Assembly (NCBI GenBank): GCA_043228905.1 | Contig: JBHGNT010000012.1 | Coordinates: 12,586,001 to 12,650,000 of the forward strand | DNA from: Azolla caroliniana | Taxonomy: Eukaryota > Plantae > Polypodiophyta | Length of the DNA: 64,000 nucleotides | Direction: 5' to 3' | Part shown: piece by piece, positions 24,819 through 36,532 of the stretch | How the letters are laid out: each line of letters starts with the position of its first letter | Numbering within the stretch: position 1 is the first letter of the stretch | Notes under the pieces: model-generated | The model's database searches: none | What the model was told of the DNA's origin: nothing | Seen by the model: the letters and a program-made list of their open reading frames with translations, nothing else | Program-made: the position numbers and the translations under genes

Positions 24819-27394
24819 CTACCTTCTCATCGTCTTGGCCTTGAATTGATCCGGTTCTTCTGAATCCTTCTGTAGAACCGAATCAGCTGTCTCCGATGCG
24901 TTCCAGCTCTTGTCCGAATCGGTTGCTCCCGATTCGTCTTTCGGTTCCAGGCCCTTCACCACATGGAACCATGTCTGGGTCTTGGCCTTCTTCTTCCAGT
25001 CAGCTTTGTCCTTCTTGACTCTACCTCCGCTGCCGCTTGTTCCGACTTGTTCGGATGTGTCAACTTCCTTTGTCGACTCGGCTCCTTTCTTCTTCCTATC
25101 TCTCCCATTGTCGGTTCTTCCCTCACCGGCGCAATTGGCAGTCTCTTTGCCTTTGCCCGTTCCAGTGGTGTCTTTGCCCATTCTCCCCCTCAAGTGTGGC
25201 ACGTCGAGATGCTAAACACTAAGCATTTCGGTGAAGTGTTGCAACTTGTCCGATCCAAGCGGTTTGGTGAAGATGTCGGCAACTTGTTGATCCGTATGAA
25301 CATACCGAAGTTCGACTTCACCGCTCAGGACACGCTCACGCACGAAGTGGTAGTGCACTTCGACGTGCTTTGTGCGAGCATGGAATACGGGGTTCTTGGC
25401 GAGCTGCATTCTGCTTCTGTTGCCGTAGTACATGAGAATCGAGGTCGGCACCTTGATTCACAAGTTTTGCAACAGTCGCCGAAGCCAAATGGCTTCACAG
25501 GTGGCAACAGTAGCGCCCCGGTATTCAGCCTCAGTGCTCGACAGAGCCACTGTTGGCTGCTTTTTGTTGTTCCATGCAACAACCGCGCTACCAAGGGAAA
25601 ACATATAGCCGGAAGTTGAACGGCGATCTGATGCATCGCCGGCCGAGTTGACATCCGTGCAACCGACTAGCTCTTCGGTCATACCTCGCCGGTATAACAG
25701 TCCCCGGTCCTTCGTGCCGCTCACATACCGCAGTATTCGGTGCGCGCACTGAAGATGCTCTACGGTCGGTTTCTGCATGAATTGGCTAATCACACCTACC
25801 GGATAGCTGATGTCGGGTCGGGTTATGGTCAAATATATAAGGCTTCCAACAATTTGTCGAAACCGTTTCTCATCACAGGCCGTTCTGGAGTTGGGACAAA
25901 GCTTATGGTTCCGGTCCAGGGGTGTTGAGACAGGTCGGCATTCTGTCATGCTGAACTTGTACAGCATATTCAACACATAGTGTCTCTGTGAGAGCAATAT
26001 GCCGCCGGGGGTTCGGATCACCTCGATCCCAAGGAAGTAGTGAAGGTCCCCCATGTCCTTCATCTCAAATGCGTCCGACAATTGGGACTTAACTCGGTTG
26101 ATTTTATCGAGTCCGGGTCCGGTGATAACTAGATCATCAACATACAACAAGATGCATACCGGACTGTTCGAGCCTTGCCGGATGAACAATGAACAGTCAG
26201 ACTTGGAGGCCGAAAACCCCATCTTAACTGAACCGTCGGCGTTGTACTTTACGTTGTACACCCACTTGCATCCGATCGGTTTACAGTGACGGGTAGGGTC
26301 AACCAGGTTCCATGTATCGTTGGCATCAAGTGTCCGCATCTCTTCCTCCATAGCGGCACGCCAATTTGTGTCCCTTGCCACTTTTGCGTAGCTCTCTGGC
26401 TCACGCACTTCCGCCACCTTCGTCATGTACGCATAGTGATGCGCCATGTACTCATTGTACCCGTACCGCCTAACAGGTTCCTTCTGGCAGGTTGACCGGC
26501 GTAACCCACCGTTACCCGGTTTGAGGCCCTTCTTGGCCGGTTCGGTCTTTGTTGCCGAAGATCCGCCTTCTTTCATACCGGAGTCAGATTCGCTCCTATC
26601 TGACTCATCATTACTGGTTTCATAATCCGGCATCTTCTTCTTCCCCTTTTCTTTGCGCGTGAACCGTCTCCTCGGTTCCTTGCGCGGGGAGAGCACGACA
26701 GATGCTTCACTACTCGCCAGTTCCTCATCCGATAGGTCATCTCGACTCAGCCACTCATTTGGTCCACTTAATCGAAATGAGATCGGACTCATCTTCTAAC
26801 TAGACCGGTTTAGGCTCACTAGCCTCATCCTCCAGTATCGGGTCAAGGTCGGAAGTCGGAGCCAGTAAGGCATACCATGATGTTGTCTCATCAAACTCAA
26901 CATCTCGGCGAACTCGGACCTGCTTCGTCCAGGGGTTGTAACATTTATACCCCTTTTTCTCATGCGAGTAACTAACTAGGATGCATTTCTCCGACTTTGC
27001 ATCTAACTTCCTCCGCTTCTCATCTGATACATGCACATATGCAATGCTACCGAATATCTGAAGGTGTCGCAAATTCGGCTTGCGCCCGAAATATAGGTCA
27101 TGCACGGACACCTTGCCACCGATCCGGTTTTGGATGTAGACGGCCGTCCGGACTGCCTCCGCCGAGTAGAAATGGGGCCTGCTCTTCACCTCCAGCATCG
27201 CCCTTGCCGCGTCGATAAGAGACCGGTTTTCCTCTCGGCTACACCATTCTATTCCAGTGTGTATCTATAGTTGAACTCTCGCCGAATTCCTGTTTGCTAC
27301 AGATAACTGTTGAAGTGGCCAGAAAAATATTCTTTTCCGTCATCCGACCGTAGGCACTTGATCTTCCTCTCCGATTCCCGCTCCACCATGCTTT
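24819..27394 (-). pseudogene. B integrase-RT-RNase H plus C-terminal extension
   Basis: YVDD, STEAEY, ADIFTK; internal RT deletion and stops. Confidence 0.88.
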
Positions 27395-27477
27395 GGAGGT
27401 GTTGGGAGACAGGTTCCTCCGGATGGGAAGGGAGAAGAACAGTGCCGACGAACAGACTCGGCAGAGGCCGAAACGGT

Positions 27478-27639
27478 ATGAGGAGTACCCGGCTACGGAG
27501 AGCCGGATGATACAGACCCAGTATGAACCGGATGAGGAGTACCCGGCTATGGAGAGCCGGATGGTGCAGGCCCGGTATGAACCGGATGAGGAGTACCCGG
27601 CTACGGAGAGCCGGATGGTGCAGGCCCGGTATGAACCGG
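27478..27639. repeat. 54-bp tandem repeat x3 in U3 of I
   Basis: ATGAGGAGTACCCGGCTACGGAGAGCCGGATGGTGCAGGCCCGGTATGAACCGG units. Confidence 0.92.
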
Positions 27640-28130
27640 AGGAAGAGACATATTCGTAAATATGTTTCTGAGAGCCCATTGTGGCTATATTTGTAAATAG
27701 CCGAAAAGTCATATTAGTATAAATATGACTTAGGGCAAACTAATATGATGTTGTTGTAATTTTTCCCTGGTTGGTGCAAGAAGAAGAGAGAGCGCGTAAC
27801 TGCATAGAGAGAGAGAGAGAGAGAACGAGGTCGTTGCCTCTGTTGTAACCGCCGCCTGTGGCGAAGATCGTGAGTCCGAGGTCGTTGCCTCCGTGTACTC
27901 ATTGTTTTTTACATTCATACATAGTGACAGTTTGCAGCCTGTGGGCTGCCGTGGTTTTTCCCCTAGTTTGGGGTTTTCCACGTTAACCTCCTGTGTACCA
28001 TTCCTCTCCTTTGTGTCGTGTTCTATTTCCTGTTTTCTGTGTATGAAAAGAATCTCGGTTGTGGCCGAGTGTTGGACATAAGGAACGACAAGTTCCCGTC
28101 AAGTGGTATCAGAGCAAAACGACACAGAAA

Positions 28131-29368
28131 ATGGACGAATTGTTTGGCGGCATGTTCAAGCTCACCGGCTCCAACTACTCAGTGTGGAAGTCGAAGATGA
28201 GGGACATGCTCGTGGTTAAAGACCTCTGGCTGCGGGTTCAGTTCAGGGACAAGAGACCGGACAAAATCGACGCCGCGATATGGGAGGTGATGCACATGAA
28301 GACAACGACGTACATACGGTGCTTCATCGACATGAGCCTATACAACAACTTCAATGAAGAGAGCAAGGCTCATGAGCTCTGGGAGAAGATCGGCATAATG
28401 TTCCAGAACAAAAATGCTGTCAATCAGGTGTCGGTATTCCGGAAGCTAGTAAGACTCCGGTACCAAGATGGCTCCAGCATGGCGGAGCACATTAATGCCT
28501 TCCAGGGGCTGATACACCAGGCAACGTCATTGGAAGTACCTCTTGCCGACGAGGTACTAGCGCTACTCCTGCTCGGTTCCCTCCTGGATAGCTGGGAGAC
28601 ATTGGTTGTCACTTTGGGCAACGCCGGGCCTGAAGGAAAACGGTTATCCCTAGCAAGAGTAAAGTCGAGCTTGCTAGATGTGGAGGCGCGTCGGAAAGAC
28701 AAAGATACGAGCTCCGACTCCAAAGCGCTCCTTACCGAATCAGAACGCGGAAGACATAGAAACCGTAGTCCCCAGAACCGGGAGAAGTCGGGGACACGGT
28801 CAAAGTCAAGGGGGAGGCCTACTTACTTCTATTGCGGCAAGCCGGGTCACTTCCAAAAGAACTGTCGGCATTTCCGTAAAGACAAGGAAACCGACGATAC
28901 AGATTCGAAGCAAACCTCGGACCGGAACGGTAAGGACCGGAACGGTAAAGACCGGAGGGGGCCGGACCGGAAGGGGACGACGGCAATCGCGGCAAGTGAA
29001 GAAGAGTTGATGCTCATCATCGAGGAGAGTGAAATAAACCTTGCCGGCGATGAGATGACCTAGGTGGTAGACTCCGGAGCGTCGTTCCACCTTACCCCGG
29101 ACCGGAAATGCTTCGCATCCTACTCAGCCGGTGACCAAGGCTGTGTCCGGATGGGAAATGAAGGTATGTGCCGAATCGTCAGCATAGGAGACGTGTGGCT
29201 AATAACACCAACCGGATGCAAGTTGCTGCTGAAGGATGTCCGACACGTTCCGGAGGTTCGTCTGAACTTGATATCAGCCGGTCGGCTAGATGATGAAGGC
29301 TACACGGGTAGCATCCGGAATGGTGTCATGAAGTTCAGCAAAGGGAGCCTGATTGTGGCTCGGGCCCG
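28131..29368 (+). pseudogene. I gag-protease
   Basis: Homologous to the G polyprotein N-terminus; mutated zinc knuckle and one stop. Confidence 0.88.
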
Positions 29369-29386
29369 TTAGCACGACTACTACAG

Positions 29387-32300
29387 TTGGTGCCACGGTT
29401 TACGGCAGACTTACAGGCATCCGTGAGCAAACCGAAGCCGACGCCAGCACCGGTATTCTTCTCCAACCCGGAGGAAGGACCAGCGGTGGTCGATACAGGT
29501 AGCCCGGCGATCACGGAAATCGTGAAAGGAAAGGAAATTGCTGGAACGATTATTGACGGAGGCTCCGGGGTAAATGTCATCAGCCGACAGACATGCAACA
29601 ACCTGGGCATCCGGGAATGGGAACCATGCCCCTTCTGGTTACGCATGGCGGATACCAGCTCAGTCCGACCGACCGGGCTTATCCGGGATTTAGAAGTAAC
29701 GATCGGAGGCCACGTATTCCGGATATCGGTCGTGGTGCTGCAGCTGAATGTACAAGGCGCGTACCCCCTACTGCTAGGACGACCATGGCTGCGAACGGCG
29801 CATATCAAGCAAAATTGGCAGAAGAACATGATCACATTCCGGCGAGGGAAAATAAAGGTACGAGTAACGACGCAACCACAGGTGATCACCAGTAAGGAAG
29901 CAACTCCATTGTATGCGGAAAGCATCAACATGTTGGAGGGATTACCGGACGAGGAAGTCGAGCGATACCTCGAGGAACACCCACGAATCGTCCCACTATT
30001 TGAGGTGGATATCACGACAGCAGTAGAACCGTACATTACGACGTCGGATGAACCGAACCAAGCGGCGATCCGGGAACTGCGACAAGCGCAGGAATCCCTC
30101 GAGAGGGAAATGATGATATCCCAGAGGGTAAAAGCATCCCAACTAGAGGAGGTGGACCTCGGCACAGCAGACAAGCCCCCACCGGTAAATGTTGCAAAGG
30201 AATTGCCGAAGGAAGAAAAGAAGGCAATGGTAGCATTATTAACAGACTTCAAGGATGTGTTCGCGTGGTCGTACGAAGACATGCGAGGGTTGGACCCCCA
30301 GCTCTATCAGCACCAAATTCACCTAAGTACGGACGCGAAACCGATCGCTCAACGCAGGTACCGGATGAATCCGAATTATGCGGCAAAGGTGAAGGAGGAA
30401 ATTGATAAGCTCCTCCGGGTCGGATTTATCCGACCGGTCAAGCAGGCAACCTGGTTGAGTCCGATAGTGGTGGTCCCGAAAAAGAACGGCAAAATCCGGG
30501 TATGCGTGGACTATCGCAAACTAAATGCCGCAACAGTGACCGATGTGTTTCCACTACCATTTACGGACGGGGTGTTAGATGCGGTAGCCGGCCACGAAGT
30601 TTACAGCTTCCTGGATGGATTTAGCGGCTACAACCAAATACGGATGAACCCGGCCGACCAGGAGAAGACAGCGTTCGTTACGGAATGGGGCGTGTTCATC
30701 GCGGTCGTGATGATGTTCGGACTAAAGACGGCTCCAGCGACCTTTCAAAGGATAATAATGGAAATTTTCGGGGAATATATCCCCGGTTTTATGCAGGTCT
30801 TCCTTGACGATTTCGCGGTCTACAGCCGGCACGGAGAGCATCTCGATCACCTCCGACTGTGCTTGGAGAAGTGCCGCGACAACCGATTGAGCCTGAACCC
30901 GGCCAAGTGCATCTTTGGGGTGGCAAGCGGCAACTTACTAGGGCACGTGGTGAGTAAGGAAGGAATTGCGGTAGATCCGGATAAAGTCAAGGCGATTCTC
31001 GAGGCACCAGCACCAAATAACGCAAAGGCTTTAAGCCGGTTCCTGGGCCAAATAAGGTGGCATAGCCGGATGATACGGCACCTCGAAGACTTCGCTACAC
31101 CATTACATACCGCCGTACACAGGGTACCCTTCCTATGGGCGGAGACGGAGGAGGAAGCCTACCAAGCGTTGAAAGTTATGCTGTCACAAGCTCCGGTGGT
31201 ACAACCGCCGGATTGGAGTAAAAGCTTTCACGTCTTCGTCGACGCATCGGACGTAGCAATCGGCAGCGTTCTGATGCAACTCACGGAGCCGAAATGGTAC
31301 CGACCGGTGTACTACGCAAGCCGGAAACTCTCAAAAGCCGAACGGAATTACTCTACGACGGAACGCGAGGCATTGGGAATGGTGTATAGTGTCACAAAGT
31401 ACAGGCACTATCTGCTCGGAAGGAAGTTTTCCTTCCATGTCGACCATTCGGCACTACTCTACCTGGTCTCGAAGGCATCCCCGACGGGAAAAATTGCACG
31501 ATGGACACTGCAGTTACAGGAATTTGAATTCGACATTTTCCACCGACCCGGGGCGCAGCATGCGGTAGCGGACTACCTAAGCAGACTCGAATCCGGAGAA
31601 GCAGGGGACGGCGTCCAGGATGAGTTCCCCGACGCCGAGTTGTTCCGGATCACGACGAAACCGGCAACGGATGCAACGGTAGCTGATGAAGACACGTGGC
31701 TAACTGAGATGCATCAGTTCCTGAGCACCGGAGTTCCCCCGGAGAACATGGACCGCCATGAAAGGAAAAGGGTAGCAGTAAGAAGCAGACATTTCTGCTT
31801 GGTTGGAGACACCCTCTATCACAAGGGGGTAGATGGCATCTGGAGACGAGCAGTGCGGAGCGATGAGAAGGATTTAATCCTCAGGGAAGCCCACTGTGGA
31901 ATTGCCGGCGGGCATTATGTCGGCGACGCAACCACTCGGAAAATATGGCAGAGCGGACTGTGGTGGCCCACCACCCTAAAAGATGCCGTGAAGTATAGCA
32001 GAGAATGCGATTTGTGTCAACGACTGGGCCAACCCACGGAGCAGGCCCGGATGCCACACCACCCGGTCTTGCCATTGGAACCGTTTCAAAAGTGGGGTTT
32101 GGACTTTGTCGGTCCCTTCAAGCCACCGGCAATGCGAACCGGAAATCGGTATGTCATAGTGGCAAACGACTATTGCACCAAATGGGTAGAAGCAAAGGCC
32201 TTACGGGACAACACGGCCGCGTCCGCGGCAAAGTTTCTGTACGAGTGCATATGGTGCCGGTATGGATGCCTGATCGAGCTTATAAGTGACCAAGGAGGAC

Positions 32301-33145
32301 ATTTTCTCGGGCAGGTAGTAGAAAGCCTGACGTCATTTTACGTGGTGGTACATAAAAGGAGTACTCCCTACTACCCTCAAGCCAATGGACTAGCGGAATC
32401 AACGAACAAAACTCTGCAGAACATCCTACGAAAAATTGTCAACGAGAACCGGACCGACTGGGATACGAAATTGCAAAGCGCGCTATGGGCGTACCGAACA
32501 ACGTACAAAACCAGCATCCGGACAACCCCGTTCCGACTAGCATTCGGTTTAGAAGCGGTCATGCCGGTAGAGTTCCAGATCCCCAGCTTACGGATTCAGG
32601 TAAAGGAGCGCTTAAGTGAGAAGGAGTCCGAACGAATCCAGCTGGCGACGTTGTTGGAATTAGAAGAAAACCGAATAGCCAGCTTACTACAACTCGAACT
32701 GGAGCAAAGGAGGAGAAAAGCTTTCGTGGACCGACACCGGCGTGGCAACGAAAAGGAGTTCGAAGTCGGGAAACCGGTGCTACTATTCCAGACACGGATG
32801 GGGAACATGCCGGGAAAGTTGCGGTTTCGGTGGACCGGACCGTTCTGGATCACCAAGGAGTACAATGGGTCGTATCAGCTCGGCACGTTGTCTGGAGATG
32901 TCATCGGCAAGTGGGCAAATGGGTTTCGGCTAAAGCCGTATAAGGGAAATATGCCAGCCAACCCGTTCAAGCAAAACCCGGAAATCCGGCAAGATGAGGA
33001 ACCGACACCGACAGACGCTGTCGAAGATATCCGGACCGAGGAAGAACCGACACCGATACTACCAAAGACTATCCCGGAAAACCGACAGAAGGATCCGGTA
33101 TCAGCGCGAACCGACCCGAACAAATCGGGGGGGACCAGAAAATGA
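29387..33145 (+). CDS. pol: Gypsy Pol (PR-RT-RH-INT), open but lacking its native start
   Basis: IIDGGSG, FLDD, VDASD/TEREA/VDH, H-H-C-C finger, GLDF/ISDQG/LAES; no chromodomain or additional RNase H seen. Confidence 0.92.
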   Translation: MVPRFTADLQASVSKPKPTPAPVFFSNPEEGPAVVDTGSPAITEIVKGKEIAGTIIDGGSGVNVISRQTCNNLGIREWEPCPFWLRMADTSSVRPTGLIRDLEVTIGGHVFRISVVVLQLNVQGAYPLLLGRPWLRTAHIKQNWQKNMITFRRGKIKVRVTTQPQVITSKEATPLYAESINMLEGLPDEEVERYLEEHPRIVPLFEVDITTAVEPYITTSDEPNQAAIRELRQAQESLEREMMISQRVKASQLEEVDLGTADKPPPVNVAKELPKEEKKAMVALLTDFKDVFAWSYEDMRGLDPQLYQHQIHLSTDAKPIAQRRYRMNPNYAAKVKEEIDKLLRVGFIRPVKQATWLSPIVVVPKKNGKIRVCVDYRKLNAATVTDVFPLPFTDGVLDAVAGHEVYSFLDGFSGYNQIRMNPADQEKTAFVTEWGVFIAVVMMFGLKTAPATFQRIIMEIFGEYIPGFMQVFLDDFAVYSRHGEHLDHLRLCLEKCRDNRLSLNPAKCIFGVASGNLLGHVVSKEGIAVDPDKVKAILEAPAPNNAKALSRFLGQIRWHSRMIRHLEDFATPLHTAVHRVPFLWAETEEEAYQALKVMLSQAPVVQPPDWSKSFHVFVDASDVAIGSVLMQLTEPKWYRPVYYASRKLSKAERNYSTTEREALGMVYSVTKYRHYLLGRKFSFHVDHSALLYLVSKASPTGKIARWTLQLQEFEFDIFHRPGAQHAVADYLSRLESGEAGDGVQDEFPDAELFRITTKPATDATVADEDTWLTEMHQFLSTGVPPENMDRHERKRVAVRSRHFCLVGDTLYHKGVDGIWRRAVRSDEKDLILREAHCGIAGGHYVGDATTRKIWQSGLWWPTTLKDAVKYSRECDLCQRLGQPTEQARMPHHPVLPLEPFQKWGLDFVGPFKPPAMRTGNRYVIVANDYCTKWVEAKALRDNTAASAAKFLYECIWCRYGCLIELISDQGGHFLGQVVESLTSFYVVVHKRSTPYYPQANGLAESTNKTLQNILRKIVNENRTDWDTKLQSALWAYRTTYKTSIRTTPFRLAFGLEAVMPVEFQIPSLRIQVKERLSEKESERIQLATLLELEENRIASLLQLELEQRRRKAFVDRHRRGNEKEFEVGKPVLLFQTRMGNMPGKLRFRWTGPFWITKEYNGSYQLGTLSGDVIGKWANGFRLKPYKGNMPANPFKQNPEIRQDEEPTPTDAVEDIRTEEEPTPILPKTIPENRQKDPVSARTDPNKSGGTRK

Positions 33146-33164
33146 CGTGGTCCAAACTATAAAA

Positions 33165-33196
<32 letters not shown>
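33165..33196. repeat. (AAT)n microsatellite
   Basis: About 10 units. Confidence 0.9.
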
Positions 33197-33201
<5 letters not shown>

Positions 33202-33610
33202 AAATGACGTGGGCAAAATCGACGCGAATCATAGTAGTGATGGGGAGATCACAAGAGGTGGGAGCGCCACCATGCAACGAAGAGGCGCCATGCATTAAAG
33301 ACGGACGTGCGCGTACTTGCTATTTAAAGCATGGAACGTGGGCACTCACACGTGGCAAACAAGAAAGGACATACTAATTATGGCGGGAGAGGAACATGCG
33401 CGGGAAACGAAAAAGGGTGGCTCGAGGCAAAAGCCACTATATAAGACACAGGCCTGCGAATGACTCACTTTGTACGAATTTTCCTACATACAGGCGCAGA
33501 AGCACAGAAGAGCGATCCGACGCACAGCGCACACACAGCCCGATCCCGAACAACAGACAGCAGAAGAAGAATTCGAAACAATGGTACTGTCGGAGGAGGC
33601 ACGCCAATGA

Positions 33611-36484
33611 ATGAGGGAGAACGGGTTAAAAGGATTGCTGCGGATCGCCGACGCTCCACCACACGCAGAACCAGAGCAGGCGGCAGCATCGATTGATTTA
33701 TCAGAAATCACGGAAGGAGCGGTGCAGGCGCTCACAGGGATAAAAGCAGGAGGACTTCAAACAATCGAAAACCCTTCAAGTGAAATCCTGTTCGAATATT
33801 TCGGTGAGTACTCTATCAGCAGCAAGGCGTACCGAACACAGGGCGGAGAGAACCTGCTATTCGGAGAAGTGGCCCGCGCCATGATGGAATACGGATTCGT
33901 GAATCCTCGTCCCCCGGCCATAGCCAGGTACCGGGCAACGTTCTTAATAGCAACATACGAAGGATTACAAGTAGACTGGCTCCATTTCATAACCGAAGGA
34001 TTGAAGGAGGCCATCAAGAATCTTGTGGAAGGAAAAAAGCCATGGGCCAGGATAGCACAATGGCTAACGGTGTTAGTCCCACCAGTGCTCCCCATCACAC
34101 AAAAGAAAAGAGGTCGGCAGGAGACGACGCCGAAAAAGGTCACAAAGCGCCGACAGATCTTGGAGAAACACACCCCCGGATGGACCCAGCAAGAAGCAGA
34201 ACAGCGGGGGGAAGGACCATCCCGTCAGCAACAGGAACCGGCAACAAAGGCAAAACTGGCAGGAAAAGGCAAAGGGAAATCGGCCGAGGAGGAACCGGTA
34301 GCGCGCAAACCAATCAATATAACGCTGCGACGGCCGGAACCGGAACCGGAAGTCTTTATACAAAAGGTCCGTCTGGTAGCCGCACCGGAGGAAGAAGCTG
34401 AAACAGAAGACTCACCCGAACCACTGGTAAGACTCCCAGCAAGACAAGGTCGGGAGAGACGGGCGAAAGGACCGGCTCCACCAGTTGACAAAACTCAGCA
34501 GAGGGCGCAAGGACCACCTCCAGTAGCCGAGGCGGAAGCAGTACCGGAACCCGTACCGAGGGAAGCAGCACCGACATCGGTTGTGCCGGACTTCAGGGAA
34601 CCGGTCATCCCAGAGAAGAAGAATGAACAAGCGCCGGAGCCAGAGAAAAGGCCGGAAAAACAGACTGAGTTAAGGAGTAGAAGTGAGCAAGGCTACCCCG
34701 ACACAGGAAGCACAAAGCCACAATGGCTGAGATGGCTTTCGGAGCAGTTATCGGGAGTAGCGGACCAGTTAGAAGAAGAAGAAACGTGTAGGCAACAGCT
34801 GACGCATACAACAACTCAGGAGTTGGTCGCGCTCCGAACACAGATCGAGGAAATGCAAGGGGAGCTGTTGCAGGCAAGGGAAGGAATTCAACAAGCACAA
34901 GTTGTCACTGAGCCGGTCGGGACAACAAGGAAGCAACCGGAGCCGGTAGCCTTGCAAACCGGCCCTGAGACCGAAAAAATAATAGAAACCTTACGAGAGG
35001 AGTTAAAAGCTCAGGAGGCATTAAGGGAAAAAGAAAGGGAGCAGCGGAAAGCGGTGGAGGACGACAGACGAAAAATGGAAGAAGGCCTCCGGAAAGGCCG
35101 AGCCACTAATGACCGACTGCAAGAAGAAAAAGAGAAGCTGCAAAAGGAGAAGGACCGACTGCGTCGACATGCCGAGCAGGAGATAGAACGACTGCAGGAA
35201 GAACTCCGACAACAGAAGGACCGGCACGATCGGTTAAGAGCTCAGGCAAACCGACGCCTGAAGCAGAAGACGGAGGACTTCGACCATCTCTACCGAGATC
35301 ACAAGCAGGCCGAGTCGGACAACAAGAAACGAGCAGCAGACTACGACCGGCAAATAGAGAAGCTGAAAGAACAGCTCAAAGAGACCCGATTAGACCTGGC
35401 TAAGGCAATGGATGAGGTCAGTGCCAACAAGGAAGCATTGTCGGCAGAAATAGCCCAAGCGACGGAGAGAAGGAAGGAATTAGAGGCGCTAAGGCGGGAA
35501 AAGCTGGATCTGACCAAGATCAGGAATGAAGAAAAGGAAAGATCGACCTTCACGATCAGCAAACTGCAAAGTACCTATGAAAAGCAGAAAGCGGATTACG
35601 AGGCCCAGGCTCAGATAATGGCCGACATTATAAAACGGGCAAGGAAGGAAAAGCAAGAAGCTTATGCGCATGCTAAGGCGGGGGTTGACCGGATCAAGCT
35701 CATCATGTCAGGTTGGAGTACCCAAGCTCAGGCAAGCATCAACAAAAGTACGGAAAAGCTATGGAAGGAGTGGTCACAACAGGCAGCCGAGCTGCAGACA
35801 CTCCGAGCGGATGCCGAGAATCGGAGGAAGACCGGTGACAAGTTCTACAAGATGGATGAAGAAAGTATCGTCGCCATTCGGGAAGAATTGTCGGAGGATT
35901 TCTACGCTTTAGCAGAAGAACATCTCAAAGAAATCCGAGGGTTGGTAGAAAGGTTGGATGACGGGCAGCTCACAACTCAGTTGGAGTTGGAGAAATACGA
36001 GCAGGACTGGTTACGACAGGAAGCTAAGGGAAGAACGACGCCAATCACTATTAGTGAGGGAGAGCGACCGGCTGAAGTTGAACCAACCGACACCGAACAA
36101 CCCCGACAAGGAATACCCGAAGAAGAACTTCCGTTCGAAGGAAATCAAGAAGAGCAGGAGCAGACCGATGCCGGAGAAGAAGAAGAGCTGAGACCGGAAG
36201 ACACCAGAGCAGAGGAAGAAGGCGTACCGAGCAGACTAGTTGAGACCGGAGAAAGCGACACTGGTAACAGAACAGAGCCAGGAACGGAGGGAGAACAGGA
36301 AGAACCCGGACGAAGCAGTGAGGAAGCACCGACACCACAGAATCAAGCAGAGCCGGAGCAGCAAATTTTTATGGAACAGCCAACCCAACCGGAGGTCGGA
36401 GACCAGGCAGGCAAGGAACAGGAGGAAGAAGCACCACTTGACACGATCGAGCAGAGTGTGCTCGATATTTTGGAGGAAGAATGA
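33611..36484 (+). CDS. ORF2 of J: 957-aa coiled-coil/acidic protein of unknown function
   Basis: Long open frame; likely original ATG at 33581 with an in-frame TGA at 33608; TATA-like TATATAA ~33438; homolog at 48250-49480. Confidence 0.8.
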   Translation: MRENGLKGLLRIADAPPHAEPEQAAASIDLSEITEGAVQALTGIKAGGLQTIENPSSEILFEYFGEYSISSKAYRTQGGENLLFGEVARAMMEYGFVNPRPPAIARYRATFLIATYEGLQVDWLHFITEGLKEAIKNLVEGKKPWARIAQWLTVLVPPVLPITQKKRGRQETTPKKVTKRRQILEKHTPGWTQQEAEQRGEGPSRQQQEPATKAKLAGKGKGKSAEEEPVARKPINITLRRPEPEPEVFIQKVRLVAAPEEEAETEDSPEPLVRLPARQGRERRAKGPAPPVDKTQQRAQGPPPVAEAEAVPEPVPREAAPTSVVPDFREPVIPEKKNEQAPEPEKRPEKQTELRSRSEQGYPDTGSTKPQWLRWLSEQLSGVADQLEEEETCRQQLTHTTTQELVALRTQIEEMQGELLQAREGIQQAQVVTEPVGTTRKQPEPVALQTGPETEKIIETLREELKAQEALREKEREQRKAVEDDRRKMEEGLRKGRATNDRLQEEKEKLQKEKDRLRRHAEQEIERLQEELRQQKDRHDRLRAQANRRLKQKTEDFDHLYRDHKQAESDNKKRAADYDRQIEKLKEQLKETRLDLAKAMDEVSANKEALSAEIAQATERRKELEALRREKLDLTKIRNEEKERSTFTISKLQSTYEKQKADYEAQAQIMADIIKRARKEKQEAYAHAKAGVDRIKLIMSGWSTQAQASINKSTEKLWKEWSQQAAELQTLRADAENRRKTGDKFYKMDEESIVAIREELSEDFYALAEEHLKEIRGLVERLDDGQLTTQLELEKYEQDWLRQEAKGRTTPITISEGERPAEVEPTDTEQPRQGIPEEELPFEGNQEEQEQTDAGEEEELRPEDTRAEEEGVPSRLVETGESDTGNRTEPGTEGEQEEPGRSSEEAPTPQNQAEPEQQIFMEQPTQPEVGDQAGKEQEEEAPLDTIEQSVLDILEEE

Positions 36485-36492
36485 GGCCGGGA

Positions 36493-36532
36493 GTGGATTC
36501 GAACTGCAAGGCACTTTCCCACGGGCGTGCCA
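36493..36532 (+). other. tRNA-Arg 3'-half-like element at the PPT position of J
   Basis: GTGGATTCGAACTGCAAGGCACTTTCCCACGGGCGTGCCA, then TG, then the LTR. Confidence 0.75.

Larger units (their letters stand above)
27400..29368 (+). mobile_element. Copia I (Tork-like) 5' part: LTR, PBS, gag, PR
   Basis: LTR 27400-28101, PBS 28104-28115, ATG 28131, TGG>TAG stop at 29061; ends abruptly at SLIVARAR. Confidence 0.9.

Noticed and set aside
27478-27639. CRISPR-like array or 18-aa repeat protein
   Set aside because: Head-to-tail repeats without spacers inside a Copia LTR
33611-36484. env gene or host myosin/SMC gene
   Set aside because: No transmembrane or ATPase motifs seen; lies inside the element with a homolog at the same position in X
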